A stretch of DNA of 64,000 nucleotides from a virus. Its lineage: Duplodnaviria > Caudoviricetes. Positions 1 to 8,379 of the stretch are shown piece after piece (within the stretch, counting starts at the first letter, position 1; each line of letters starts with the position of its first letter). The stretch spans positions 3,433 through 67,432 of the IMG/VR virus record IMGVR_UViG_3300020016_000006. One strand, given 5' to 3'. Under the pieces are notes generated by a model. That model saw only the letters and a list, made by a program, of their open reading frames with translations. It was not told where the DNA came from and searched no databases. The position numbers were made by a program, and so were the translations under genes.

Positions 1-52
1 TTCAATTTATTGTGGATTACATACTTGAGAACCGAACAGTGAGGGTAACTGT

Positions 53-292
53 ATGGACGACAAAGTGCTATTGGTGGAACATCGTTTCCACCTTCGCGTC
101 CCGAAAGCTTGGAAGATTGAAGACATTCAAAAATACGTTAACAGCCATTGGACAGCAATTCAGCGAGTGGAAAAAGACATGGGTGTCGAAGTAGTTGCTG
201 ATGTGAGTTCACTCTATGCTGGGAGGAGATATGAAGAAGCAACATTGGACACAAACGCCAGAAGGAAGAATCAGATCGAAGGCACTTCTTGA
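53..292 (+). CDS. hypothetical protein
   Basis: 79-aa ORF, ATG after a weak purine-rich RBS; overlaps next ORF by about 60 nt. Confidence 0.45.
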   Translation: MDDKVLLVEHRFHLRVPKAWKIEDIQKYVNSHWTAIQRVEKDMGVEVVADVSSLYAGRRYEEATLDTNARRKNQIEGTS

Positions 293-551
293 TCGAGGCA
301 AGGCTGCTGTGGCGGCGCGGAGAAAGTTTGGGGAAAAACTTAACAATGGGAGCCTGAGGCATGCGCGCAAAGAAGATCCAACAGAAGAGCAGTTCATTTA
401 CGCTCTCGGCAGAACGCAGGGATGGCTGGAAGCCTACGCAGCGGGCACTGGCCGCTCTGTCCGCAGTCTTGCCGAACAGGTGGGATCAGCACTTCTCCAC
501 GATTCCAGCAGGACGCCACGTGGGCATTCGCAATCAATGCGGGATCTGTGA
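231..551 (+). CDS. hypothetical protein
   Basis: ATG at 231 preceded by strong RBS GGGAGGAG. Confidence 0.6.
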   Translation: MKKQHWTQTPEGRIRSKALLDRGKAAVAARRKFGEKLNNGSLRHARKEDPTEEQFIYALGRTQGWLEAYAAGTGRSVRSLAEQVGSALLHDSSRTPRGHSQSMRDL

Positions 552-641
552 GATCACTCCACCGTCTGGAATGTCAGCATACCAGCGTTGGAGGTGGATG
601 GCGATCCATACAGCAAGTCACCGAGCAATGAGGATTGAGAA

Positions 642-956
642 ATGACTCAACGCATTCTAACCCATGGACTTAATAGTGATTGCCCCAAGGTTAAGGCGGG
701 CGAGTGGAGCAGATGCGAGGGGCATGAGCTAGACGACATGAAGCGCGTCGTTGAAACATTCCCTCGCGTTGGTGGAGATTACATCATCCAGGATCGAACG
801 GACGCGCGCAGCTGTGCGATAGGAATGGAGAATGCGGCAAAAGCAGTTAAGGACGACATTCGTCAAGGTCAGTATCGGGATGCCCTTCGACACTCAATGC
901 AACTAGCGCAGAGTCTAGTTGAACTTCAACGTTGGTTACAGAGGCAACCACAATGA
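642..956 (+). CDS. hypothetical protein
   Basis: RBS and ATG; stop overlaps next start. Confidence 0.7.
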   Translation: MTQRILTHGLNSDCPKVKAGEWSRCEGHELDDMKRVVETFPRVGGDYIIQDRTDARSCAIGMENAAKAVKDDIRQGQYRDALRHSMQLAQSLVELQRWLQRQPQ

Positions 957-1159
957 GTACATTCGCCGCAGTAGCAATCAGGATTGACGGAACGACAGAT
1001 GCCATTAATACTCAGAAGAAAGTTGATGCAGCACTTGACACTCTTGTGGCTAAACTAGAACATCGTATGGAGTTAGTTCAAGCTGTCCATATTCCAGCAG
1101 GTATCGGTGGAACCAACGGTACGCTGGTTCTCATCGGGACCGGCGAGCTTCCCGACTAG
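953..1159 (+). CDS. hypothetical protein
   Basis: ATG at 953 coupled to upstream stop. Confidence 0.65.
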   Translation: MSTFAAVAIRIDGTTDAINTQKKVDAALDTLVAKLEHRMELVQAVHIPAGIGGTNGTLVLIGTGELPD

Positions 1160-1210
1160 GGCCGAGTGTGACACGATGTCTCGCGGCCGGAACGGGGCCT
1201 AGGAGCCTGT

Positions 1211-1240
1211 TTTACAGGGAGGGGCGACCCGGAGTAGCCT
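1211..1240 (+). promoter_or_regulatory. candidate sigma70-like promoter TTTACA-N18-TAGCCT with palindrome CCTGT-TTT-ACAGG over the -35
   Basis: Intergenic CG-rich stretch upstream of the ORF at 1296. Confidence 0.4.
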
Positions 1241-1295
1241 CGGGCGCGAAACAGCGTCCTACACGGTGCTACGGACGTTTACGAAAGGCGACAAG

Positions 1296-1475
1296 ATGAC
1301 AGTCAAAGAATTACGAGTGTTTCTCGATGAATTGCCGCATAGATGCGATAATGCTACTGTGATAGTTCAGATACATGGAGAAGCAGGATACTCTGATTCC
1401 TATAAAATCATTGGAGTCGAGGATCTGCGTATTGATAATGTTGTTATGTTTGATACTAATTCACCAGGACATTAA
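1296..1475 (+). CDS. hypothetical protein
   Basis: AAAGG RBS then ATG at 1296. Confidence 0.6.
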   Translation: MTVKELRVFLDELPHRCDNATVIVQIHGEAGYSDSYKIIGVEDLRIDNVVMFDTNSPGH

Positions 1476-1477
1476 TT

Positions 1478-1894
1478 ATGATACGACATGTTCATAATCC
1501 CGGCGACATTGTACCTGTGCCGATAACGGCTGATGGGTTGCGGTATTTGTATAATGCATGCAATGAGATAGCGAGGATCAATCGCATCCAAGCACTCGCG
1601 CTTACGAATGAAAAGGCACGATCAGAGAAACACCGAGAGGCGATATCAAAGATGCGAGTCATGCACATGCATATAGCAGATCAGTATGAAGCTATGGCGA
1701 AGGAGATTACCCAAGCCAAGGATCAGACAACATCGAGTGAGATGAGTCTAAGTATGGCTGGAGAAATGAAGCTAACGGTGATTGGATCGGATATTAATCA
1801 TACACGCTCACAGCAATGGGACGATGATCTTGCCGAGCTTGAACGGCGAACGGCCGCGCTCCGCGCCGAGCGACAGGCGGTCTCGCGCCCGTAG
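1478..1894 (+). CDS. hypothetical coiled-coil protein
   Basis: 138-aa helical ORF in a tightly packed operon. Confidence 0.7.
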   Translation: MIRHVHNPGDIVPVPITADGLRYLYNACNEIARINRIQALALTNEKARSEKHREAISKMRVMHMHIADQYEAMAKEITQAKDQTTSSEMSLSMAGEMKLTVIGSDINHTRSQQWDDDLAELERRTAALRAERQAVSRP

Positions 1895-1907
1895 CAGGGC
1901 CGTGCAC

Positions 1908-1957
1908 CCTGCTTCTCCCCTCGGGCGGACCTCGGGGGCCGGGCGGGGAGAAGCAGG
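1908..1957 (+). terminator. GC-rich hairpin (13-bp stem CCTGCTTCTCCCC/GGGGAGAAGCAGG), possible terminator or processing site
   Basis: Perfect inverted repeat right after a stop codon; no clear U-tract. Confidence 0.45.
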
Positions 1958-2061
1958 CTCTAACAAGGTGCTGCATTCGTTTTTAGCGATGCCCCTTTCT
2001 GATTTCCCGAAACGGGGTATCTTTCGGAGTGAACCTTATGATCGAGAAGGAGGATACGTGT

Positions 2062-2283
2062 ATGATTACAGGGCGGAGACGGCCGGCAACGAGGACCGGC
2101 GAATCATGCCTTGCCGTATGCGAACATTGTGATGCTGAGCCACAGAAGAACGGCGGGGTTGGAACGGATGCGATCAATGTACGACGCTGGGCTTCCCGGC
2201 ATGCGCACGCCGCGAGGCATCGGGTGATGCTGAAAACGACGCAGACAACCTACTACAATGGGCACATAAGGAAGCAAGCATGA
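2062..2283 (+). CDS. hypothetical protein with CxxC
   Basis: AGGAGG RBS near 2048; CEHC motif. Confidence 0.6.
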   Translation: MITGRRRPATRTGESCLAVCEHCDAEPQKNGGVGTDAINVRRWASRHAHAARHRVMLKTTQTTYYNGHIRKQA

Positions 2284-2510
2284 CTATGACACCTGAAGAG
2301 GCCAAGGCAATCCATCGCATGGAGCAGATGACTGCTGGACTTCGTCAAGGAGCAGAAGCTGTGTTTAAGTATTATCAAGCACTTATCCATGCAGGGTTCA
2401 AGCCGAAGGAGGCATTGCCCCTAGCTGGAACATTTCAAGCTACACTTTGGACGGAAGCGATGGCGAAAGGAGGAATGAATGATGACAATCAGGGCGGAGC
2501 TAATCCATAA
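2280..2510 (+). CDS. hypothetical protein
   Basis: ATGA overlap with upstream gene. Confidence 0.7.
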   Translation: MTMTPEEAKAIHRMEQMTAGLRQGAEAVFKYYQALIHAGFKPKEALPLAGTFQATLWTEAMAKGGMNDDNQGGANP

Positions 2511-2865
2511 TCGTCTCACGACAGCAGAACGCGTGTACCTGTTCCGTAGACGATCTGGAATGACGCAGAGTAAGATTGCGAAGAAGCATGGAATGGATGT
2601 TAGGGAATGGCGCATGCACGAGACAGGGCACCCCAAGTGCCCGCGTACACCCAAAACGATTATCATGAAGGGAACACCAACCAAGCCTGAGCTTATGGCA
2701 ATCTGGCGTCGGCGTCATGGTATTCCGATTGAGGAGATGGGTATTGAGATGGGCATCGCGCATGTGACCCTGAACAAGCGTGAGGATGGTGCTGGTGAAT
2801 GGCAGGAAACCTATGACTGGTGGATGGAGCGTGCGAATGGAACACGAACCGCAAAACGAGCTTGA
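2479..2865 (+). CDS. tandem Cro/CI (XRE)-type HTH protein
   Basis: Two HTH-like repeats: RRRSGMTQSKIAKKHG..WRMHETG and RRRHGIPIEEMGIEMG..LNKREDG. Confidence 0.75.
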   Translation: MMTIRAELIHNRLTTAERVYLFRRRSGMTQSKIAKKHGMDVREWRMHETGHPKCPRTPKTIIMKGTPTKPELMAIWRRRHGIPIEEMGIEMGIAHVTLNKREDGAGEWQETYDWWMERANGTRTAKRA

Positions 2866-3136
2866 GATTGGCCAGGCTATCACGCATGCCTATTCCGTTG
2901 GTAAGCGATTACTCCGGCATAAGGGCAAGAAACTCGTGATGTATATTGTACTTGAGAAGAATGTCATTGTGCCGGAGTGGTTGGCCAAAGATCTGGAAGA
3001 TCACTATGATATCTACAATCGAATCATGGGCAGAGATCACGTACTTACTGATGCATTAAAAGAGTGGGTTCGACAATGGACAGAACAGCGTGATCTCTTG
3101 CTTGAGAAAATGGAAAAGGAGAACATTGCCAAATGA
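2837..3136 (+). CDS. hypothetical protein
   Basis: In-operon ORF; start uncertain. Confidence 0.6.
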   Translation: MEHEPQNELEIGQAITHAYSVGKRLLRHKGKKLVMYIVLEKNVIVPEWLAKDLEDHYDIYNRIMGRDHVLTDALKEWVRQWTEQRDLLLEKMEKENIAK

Positions 3137-3417
3137 TTATCGGCAAACAAGAACGGGAGCGGCTGGCTGGTGAATATCCGAAGATCACGCACACAAGTGC
3201 GAAGTTGCTTGATGAATTGATTCGTACAGCAGGTAATCTTGGATGGTCAAATAGTCAGGGAACAAATGATGAAGTAGCAAGTGATAAAACTACTTTTGAG
3301 AAGGCAAAGAAACTCATGATACGTCGCATTCTGCGAATTGAGAGTAGTGTAAAGTTTCAGAAAATCAAACTTGTGAATGAGCGTAAGCTCCGTCATGGTG
3401 GGGGACTATTACTATGA
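3133..3417 (+). CDS. hypothetical protein
   Basis: Start/stop overlaps at both ends. Confidence 0.7.
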   Translation: MIIGKQERERLAGEYPKITHTSAKLLDELIRTAGNLGWSNSQGTNDEVASDKTTFEKAKKLMIRRILRIESSVKFQKIKLVNERKLRHGGGLLL

Positions 3418-3674
3418 TTGATGTACGCGTGGAAACACTCGATGTTGGTAATCCTGATCCTGTACAGTGTAAGGCATGCGATATTAATGCGCAGGCCATG
3501 GCTGTTCTAAGCATCTCAACAACACGTGAACGTGTTAATGGTAAGCGTCGAACGACAACAAAAGATACAGTGAATCATTTCCTTTGTGTTGATTGCGTAT
3601 TACGAATGGCTGCGCTCTTTGAAGTTGCGGTGGATTCATTCATGGAGTCTCATGGAAGAAGGAAGCGTGCGTGA
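3414..3674 (+). CDS. hypothetical zinc-binding protein
   Basis: Two CxxC motifs (CKAC, CVDC). Confidence 0.7.
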   Translation: MIDVRVETLDVGNPDPVQCKACDINAQAMAVLSISTTRERVNGKRRTTTKDTVNHFLCVDCVLRMAALFEVAVDSFMESHGRRKRA

Positions 3675-3937
3675 TGGTAAATCCAAAATTCAAATACTTG
3701 TGTCGGCATATTCGGGAAGGCAATGTGCATTATTCAGTTCTTGAGCCAGGAAGAGACTGTCGTGGTGATGCGCCAAAGCTTGAGCCTGGAACGTATTTAG
3801 TACAATGGCCAATTGGTGTGATTGAATTTGCTGATATCAGTGAAGATGAACGTGGTGAAATGTGGTTGAAAACGAAACATCATGGTGGGGAAATCAATTC
3901 ATGCCTTTTTGATGCGAAGGTGAGGATTCTGGCATGA
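3671..3937 (+). CDS. hypothetical protein
   Basis: GTGA overlap with upstream gene. Confidence 0.7.
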   Translation: MMVNPKFKYLCRHIREGNVHYSVLEPGRDCRGDAPKLEPGTYLVQWPIGVIEFADISEDERGEMWLKTKHHGGEINSCLFDAKVRILA

Positions 3938-4116
3938 AGCTCACTTTCACTGCGAAATGTATGTTCATTTGCGGCTTATTGATATGGTTCGCCATCATCA
4001 TGGCATTTAGGAGAGAATACTGGTGGGCACTACTTGACCTTATTGGCGCTGGCATATGGTTCTGGCTAGCAGCGAAGTATGGAGGTGAGTCCATTGACGT
4101 GGATCCAGTTGGATAG
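3934..4116 (+). CDS. small membrane protein (2 TM)
   Basis: Two hydrophobic segments. Confidence 0.65.
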   Translation: MKLTFTAKCMFICGLLIWFAIIMAFRREYWWALLDLIGAGIWFWLAAKYGGESIDVDPVG

Positions 4117-4279
4117 AATCCCAAATGAAGTGGATTTAAGCAGTGAAGAGGGAATGAAATGGTGGTTGCTGTGCAGACCCAAACTGAATGGTCAAAGAAT
4201 GGTGCTTGATCTTACACCCTTGAAGGATCACCTCAGAGAACTTGGAGATGAACATGGCCCGCATGAACTTCATTCCTGA
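4079..4279 (+). CDS. hypothetical protein
   Basis: In-operon ORF; start uncertain. Confidence 0.5.
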   Translation: MEVSPLTWIQLDRIPNEVDLSSEEGMKWWLLCRPKLNGQRMVLDLTPLKDHLRELGDEHGPHELHS

Positions 4280-4454
4280 GTTGCGTGAGAAGTTGAAGAC
4301 ACAAATCGAAAAGCAGGGAATCAATAAGCGAATTGTTCAGACGGCACTTGATCAATGGGATGCTGGCCAAAAACCAAGCAGCCCCTATGTGCGTGCATGC
4401 TTCCAGGTCTTTGAGAAGATTCAGGCTGAGATTGATGCTGGAAGGGAACCATGA
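4242..4454 (+). CDS. hypothetical protein
   Basis: GGAG RBS; coupled to next gene. Confidence 0.65.
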   Translation: MEMNMARMNFIPELREKLKTQIEKQGINKRIVQTALDQWDAGQKPSSPYVRACFQVFEKIQAEIDAGREP

Positions 4455-4738
4455 ATCCTGCCCAGATTGAGCGATTGGCCATTTGCGCTGAAGAGGCTGG
4501 TGAAGTAATTCAGGCTGTGGGCAAGTGTCTTCGTCATGGAATGGATTCTGAGAATCCAAATATTATTGGTGGTGGGTGTAATCATTATCACTTGGCGCGT
4601 GAACTTGGCCAGCTAATCAGAATCGCAGACTGGCTCGTAGGGCATGGCGATATTTATGATGAGTATCTCAAGAAGGGATATGATGAAAAGATGCGCAAAA
4701 TGAGAGAATACATTCATTGCGAGGAGAATCTGAAGTGA
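4451..4738 (+). CDS. MazG-like NTP pyrophosphohydrolase
   Basis: ERLAICAEEAGEVIQAVGKCLRHG...LARELGQL, EExxE all-alpha NTP-PPase motif. Confidence 0.75.
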   Translation: MNPAQIERLAICAEEAGEVIQAVGKCLRHGMDSENPNIIGGGCNHYHLARELGQLIRIADWLVGHGDIYDEYLKKGYDEKMRKMREYIHCEENLK

Positions 4739-4971
4739 ATCTTGATGAAATTACATTATGTAGTCGGCTCGCTGCACTGCTGGCATGGGCGCCTGGCATG
4801 AGTCCCGGTGCGCTGATGGACTTATCAATGGGTGACCATCATATCAGCGCTGTTCATCTGGCCAAAGAAACACCCTTGACATATGAACAAGCACGAATGT
4901 ATCTGGCCGGTTTACAACAGGATATTGAAGTGGTCCGTGCGAACAACTACAAAGTGGAGGGATTGTTATAA
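4735..4971 (+). CDS. hypothetical protein
   Basis: GTGA overlap. Confidence 0.65.
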   Translation: MNLDEITLCSRLAALLAWAPGMSPGALMDLSMGDHHISAVHLAKETPLTYEQARMYLAGLQQDIEVVRANNYKVEGLL

Positions 4972-5453
4972 TGACTAACTATGGAATGTGGAATTGGGAT
5001 CTTGCGACTCGATGGTGGAGGGGCATCTGTCTTGGCTGTGGTGAAGCGAGCCAGGAGCCAAAGCACTTTATTGGCGTGCGAATTGATCCCTCACGTGGGT
5101 GGAGTGCGTCGCACCCTGGATGTATTGTTGCTGATAAATATGAGATTCGACCAATGGTGGATCTATTGGAATCTGGCCATACAGGTGGCGTGGAATGGGG
5201 AACTGGGATCATGCCTCGGCTTCCATGGGCTCAGAAGAAGGAGTTGTGCGGTGATACGCCATTATATCGTGCGGATATGTTTGTAACGCATGAGCAATTG
5301 CGAGAGCAGCGGGAGATGATATTGAACTATGTTGAGAAGGAAATAATTCAGAAGTTGAAGAATGATAATCTTTTGATGAAAATCGTGGATGCTCGTGTGA
5401 GCCGTGCTCTGCGTGAAGGAGCGAATAGTGCTATGAAACAGGCTATGCGATAA
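4971..5453 (+). CDS. hypothetical protein
   Basis: 160-aa ORF, TAATG coupling. Confidence 0.7.
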   Translation: MTNYGMWNWDLATRWWRGICLGCGEASQEPKHFIGVRIDPSRGWSASHPGCIVADKYEIRPMVDLLESGHTGGVEWGTGIMPRLPWAQKKELCGDTPLYRADMFVTHEQLREQREMILNYVEKEIIQKLKNDNLLMKIVDARVSRALREGANSAMKQAMR

Positions 5454-5683
5454 TGGAACTGTTGCTATGGGCTGGTGTGGGTGTCCTGGTGGAAACAATC
5501 GAATGGGCTGGCCCACCGCCAAGCAGGTGGCGAATGCCATTTATGGATGGTCCAATAATTATACGTGATCCTGGTGAACAGTATGATCCAGTATATAGCA
5601 TCAAGCTAGAACGCACGTTTGAACGCATTACCCATTATCACCCTTCGCATCAGCGAGCCCATTACATGGAGGTACGGAAATGA
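5453..5683 (+). CDS. hypothetical protein
   Basis: TAATG coupling. Confidence 0.65.
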   Translation: MELLLWAGVGVLVETIEWAGPPPSRWRMPFMDGPIIIRDPGEQYDPVYSIKLERTFERITHYHPSHQRAHYMEVRK

Positions 5684-6087
5684 ACAGGAGAGGATGGCTT
5701 GGTGCACTGACCAGTGCATTGGGCAATGGTGCATTGAGGCGCTTTCTGCCGGCAAGGACGCCAGGTGTGGTGCCATATGCGGAACGGACAATGGTGATTA
5801 AAGAGGATGTGACTACTAATAGTAATGATTGGAATCCAGGTTATTCGACAGTGGGGACTGTGCTGCGGAGAACGATCTTTGGACCTGATGTAGGCGCTGT
5901 GGAATATGAGTTGCGCATAAGCCAGTATGAGCGTGACGGGCGTGGGTTATTGGGCCCATTATATGAGGCATATGTAACGCATGATATTGTGGCCTTTCCA
6001 ATGCGTCAAGATCCAGGGTGGGCGATTGGTGATTTTTTAGTCAAGGGCAAAGATGGATCGTGGGGTCGTTTATCCAGTCAAACATAA
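5680..6087 (+). CDS. hypothetical protein with twin-arginine (Tat)-like N-terminus
   Basis: MNRRGWLGALTSALG. Confidence 0.65.
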   Translation: MNRRGWLGALTSALGNGALRRFLPARTPGVVPYAERTMVIKEDVTTNSNDWNPGYSTVGTVLRRTIFGPDVGAVEYELRISQYERDGRGLLGPLYEAYVTHDIVAFPMRQDPGWAIGDFLVKGKDGSWGRLSSQT

Positions 6088-6320
6088 TATCCCCTATTAG
6101 GCTCTCGCGAGAGAGCTATGAAGTTTTTTTTCGGCATGGATACCCAATAGCTAATATACGAAATAGTCTGAATCAATGTAAGTATATGAAAATACATATA
6201 CTTAATATGATATTGATACATGAACATTTTGCTAATATATGCCAATATCATGTAAAACTGATGTAACTCTATATAGTATATAGTGTTATCTCTATATCAC
6301 CGGGTGTGTCTCGCTAAAAC
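6086..6320. repeat. dispersed AT-rich element copy 1 (palindrome CTCTCGCGAGAG ... CACCGGGTGTGT box)
   Basis: Same boxes in same order and similar spacing at 36906-37132. Confidence 0.75.
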
Positions 6321-6586
6321 AGTGACGATTTAGTAGACTCCTCGCGAGTGCCTAGTAGGGGTTTTATGCGGAAGGGCAATAGGCGGGGGAGGCCGGGATA
6401 TGGGGTGGGTGGCCGCAACCAGTCACACATGAAGCACAGCGCAAATCAACATTCACGTATAGCGTATTGGCTGTTACAAACAACATTGGTGGGCTCTGAA
6501 ACTGGTGAATCAATGAAATTACCATGATTCAAAGTTGGTGTGTTGGGTGTATGACTACATGACCCCATGCATTGGAGAACATTGCA

Positions 6587-7321
6587 ATGGCATTTGATCT
6601 TGAAACTGCGACTGATGAACAGAAGCTGCTTGTTCTCCGTGGGTATTGTGCACGTCCAACACGCAATCCAGCAGCCAAAGGGCCATACTGTACACAGAAT
6701 GCTGGACATAAGACAGATCACGCTGGTGAAGGAGCATGTTGGCTGCATGGTGGGAACAATCGCATTAAACATGGACGATTCAGTTCAGTTAAGCATACCA
6801 GGCTGGCTGATCTCATTTCAGAGATGGATGAAACAGAAGATCCACTCAACACGTTGCCTGAAGTGGCAGCCACCAGAGCACTCCTGGTTGATCACATTAA
6901 CAGATATGATGAATTTACAGCTGCGCTGATCGCATGGCATGAATCATACATGGCTGGTGTTCCGACACCCAAACTGTTCGCTTCACTTGAATCCATAATG
7001 GAGATGTTGGAGACCAATTGTACTGAAGCTGAACTGAAACGCAACAAAGATTATCAGACATGCCTCAAGGCTGTGATGTCCTATAAGAGCTCAAATCCAA
7101 AGCCAATTCAAATTCTTGATATCGCAGACTCAATGAGATTGCTTAGTGAAGTCACCAGGATGGTGGAGCGCATTGGAAAGTCCATGTCCATTAACGCAGT
7201 GGGCAGGCGTGATTTCCAGCGCATCATGCTGGAGATTGGAAACATCATTGACCAATGCGTCAGCAGCGATCGTGAAAAGATCAAGATCAGAGACAAAATT
7301 GCGAATCTCAGATTGGCCTGA
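6587..7321 (+). CDS. terS: terminase small subunit (HGG-motif family)
   Basis: C-x-GHKTDHAGEGACWLHGG-NRIKHGRFS motif typical of HGG-type small terminases; helical C-terminus; GGAG RBS before ATG 6587. Confidence 0.7.
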   Translation: MAFDLETATDEQKLLVLRGYCARPTRNPAAKGPYCTQNAGHKTDHAGEGACWLHGGNNRIKHGRFSSVKHTRLADLISEMDETEDPLNTLPEVAATRALLVDHINRYDEFTAALIAWHESYMAGVPTPKLFASLESIMEMLETNCTEAELKRNKDYQTCLKAVMSYKSSNPKPIQILDIADSMRLLSEVTRMVERIGKSMSINAVGRRDFQRIMLEIGNIIDQCVSSDREKIKIRDKIANLRLA

Positions 7322-7331
7322 TGCAGTGAGG

Positions 7332-7351
7332 TGCAATGGTGCACTGATGCA
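7332..7351. repeat. 20-bp TGCA-rich element TGCAATGGTGCACTGATGCA, copy 1
   Basis: Identical copy at 58325-58344. Confidence 0.8.
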
Positions 7352-7426
7352 CTGATCATCCAATCCTAATGGTTCAATTATGCTGAATGGTCAACTGCTA
7401 TCCAGCATAATTGAGGCAATGGGGTG

Positions 7427-7476
7427 AAAAGAAAAACAAAAGGCCATGGGCACCAGATCATCGGTGCCCATGGCCT
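7427..7476 (-). terminator. intrinsic terminator of the minus-strand wHTH gene
   Basis: 14-bp stem AGGCCATGGGCACC/GGTGCCCATGGCCT with A-tract on the + side, just after the TAA. Confidence 0.85.
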
Positions 7477-7483
7477 CAAGTGT

Positions 7484-7918
7484 TTACTTCACCTCAGCAG
7501 GAGTGTCCTTCGCCTGATCCCGCATCGCGATCACCGCGGTCCTGACCGCCTTGGCCTTGTCGCTGGCCTTGGCATCGTTCTCGGCAATCACGAACCGATA
7601 CTCACTGCCGATACGAATGGCGTCCAGGATGCCCGCCTCTCCCGCGCTGATCCCGAAGTACCTCACCGTCACATCACGGAGGCCGGTGGCAGCCACAAGC
7701 TCGCTGACCGTTGATCCTGCGCCCTGACGAATGGCGTCCCAGACCTTGCCTTCACGGAGAGGATTGATCCTGCCCTCTGCGAGCGCCTTTGGGTCTGGGC
7801 CGGTCTTGCCGTCCTTGCGTGCTGGGGTGGCCTTGCTGTAGGGAGCGACGGTGACCGTGGGAGTGGGGGTGGTCTCGGTGACCACAGGCTGGGTGCTGTT
7901 CTTCTTGTTGCGCTTCAT
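7484..7918 (-). CDS. winged-HTH-like protein, TG/CA-rich copy (paralog of 8535-9011)
   Basis: ATG at 7918 after AGAACGGGAG RBS; VWDAIRQGAGSTVSELVAATGLRDVTVRYF..LDAIRIGSEYRFV wHTH-like pattern. Confidence 0.85.
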   Translation of the reverse strand: MKRNKKNSTQPVVTETTPTPTVTVAPYSKATPARKDGKTGPDPKALAEGRINPLREGKVWDAIRQGAGSTVSELVAATGLRDVTVRYFGISAGEAGILDAIRIGSEYRFVIAENDAKASDKAKAVRTAVIAMRDQAKDTPAEVK

Positions 7919-7994
7919 GGTGTTCTCCCGTTCTTGTTGAGTTATCAAAGAGCACTTGGCTCGGGCCAGGGGATCGTCCCCCGACCTAGGTACT

Positions 7995-8040
7995 AATCTA
8001 CGTTGCCTCAGAAAAAAGCGAAACCCGAATAGTACCCGAA
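7995..8040 (-). promoter_or_regulatory. promoter TTTCGC-N17-TAGATT with two TCGGGT boxes upstream
   Basis: Inverted repeat of 8334-8363; 17-bp spacer; points into the 7918 gene. Confidence 0.7.
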
Positions 8041-8058
8041 GTGTTTTCGCCTTCACTC

Positions 8059-8255
8059 AAAACTCGAGCATGGAACAAAATTGGTGATTGGTGGTGAATG
8101 CCACTGTGCGATGCCAAACACCACTGTGCGACCAATGCCTAATGGTTGAATGGTCCATGGTTGGTGGGTGGGTGGTGGGTGTGTGGGTGGCCCTGGTGCC
8201 TGTGGACGTTGGGTTTTGAAGTTGTAGGATCAATCTTGTCGCATGCTCGAGTTTT
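8059..8255. repeat. 14-bp inverted repeats (AAAACTCGAGCATG) enclosing a TG-rich core with CCACTGTGCGA x2 and a G-tract
   Basis: 8059-8072 vs 8242-8255; direct repeats at 8101 and 8121. Confidence 0.8.
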
Positions 8256-8323
8256 GCGCGACAATTTCCACTCGACAATTTTGATCGCGACCGAGAACAA
8301 CTCGCGTTAGTCTATCGGACAAC

Positions 8324-8379
8324 TCGGGTTTAATTCGGGTACTATTCGGGTTTCGTTTTTTCCGAAGGATTCGTACTAT
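8324..8379 (+). promoter_or_regulatory. promoter TTTCGT-N17-TACTAT with three TCGGGT boxes at 11-bp period
   Basis: -35 8351-8356, -10 8374-8379; boxes at 8324, 8335, 8346. Confidence 0.75.

Noticed and set aside
6060-6266. 68-aa ORF in the AT-rich element
   Set aside because: No RBS, atypical composition, overlaps the repeated non-coding boxes, and no equivalent frame in the second copy.
7919-8056. N-terminal extension of the minus-strand gene given by the ORF track
   Set aside because: It runs through the promoter and leader; the RBS and the paralog alignment place the start at ATG 7918.
8101-8131. CRISPR-like mini-array
   Set aside because: Only two 11-bp repeats with a 9-bp gap; no array and no cas genes.
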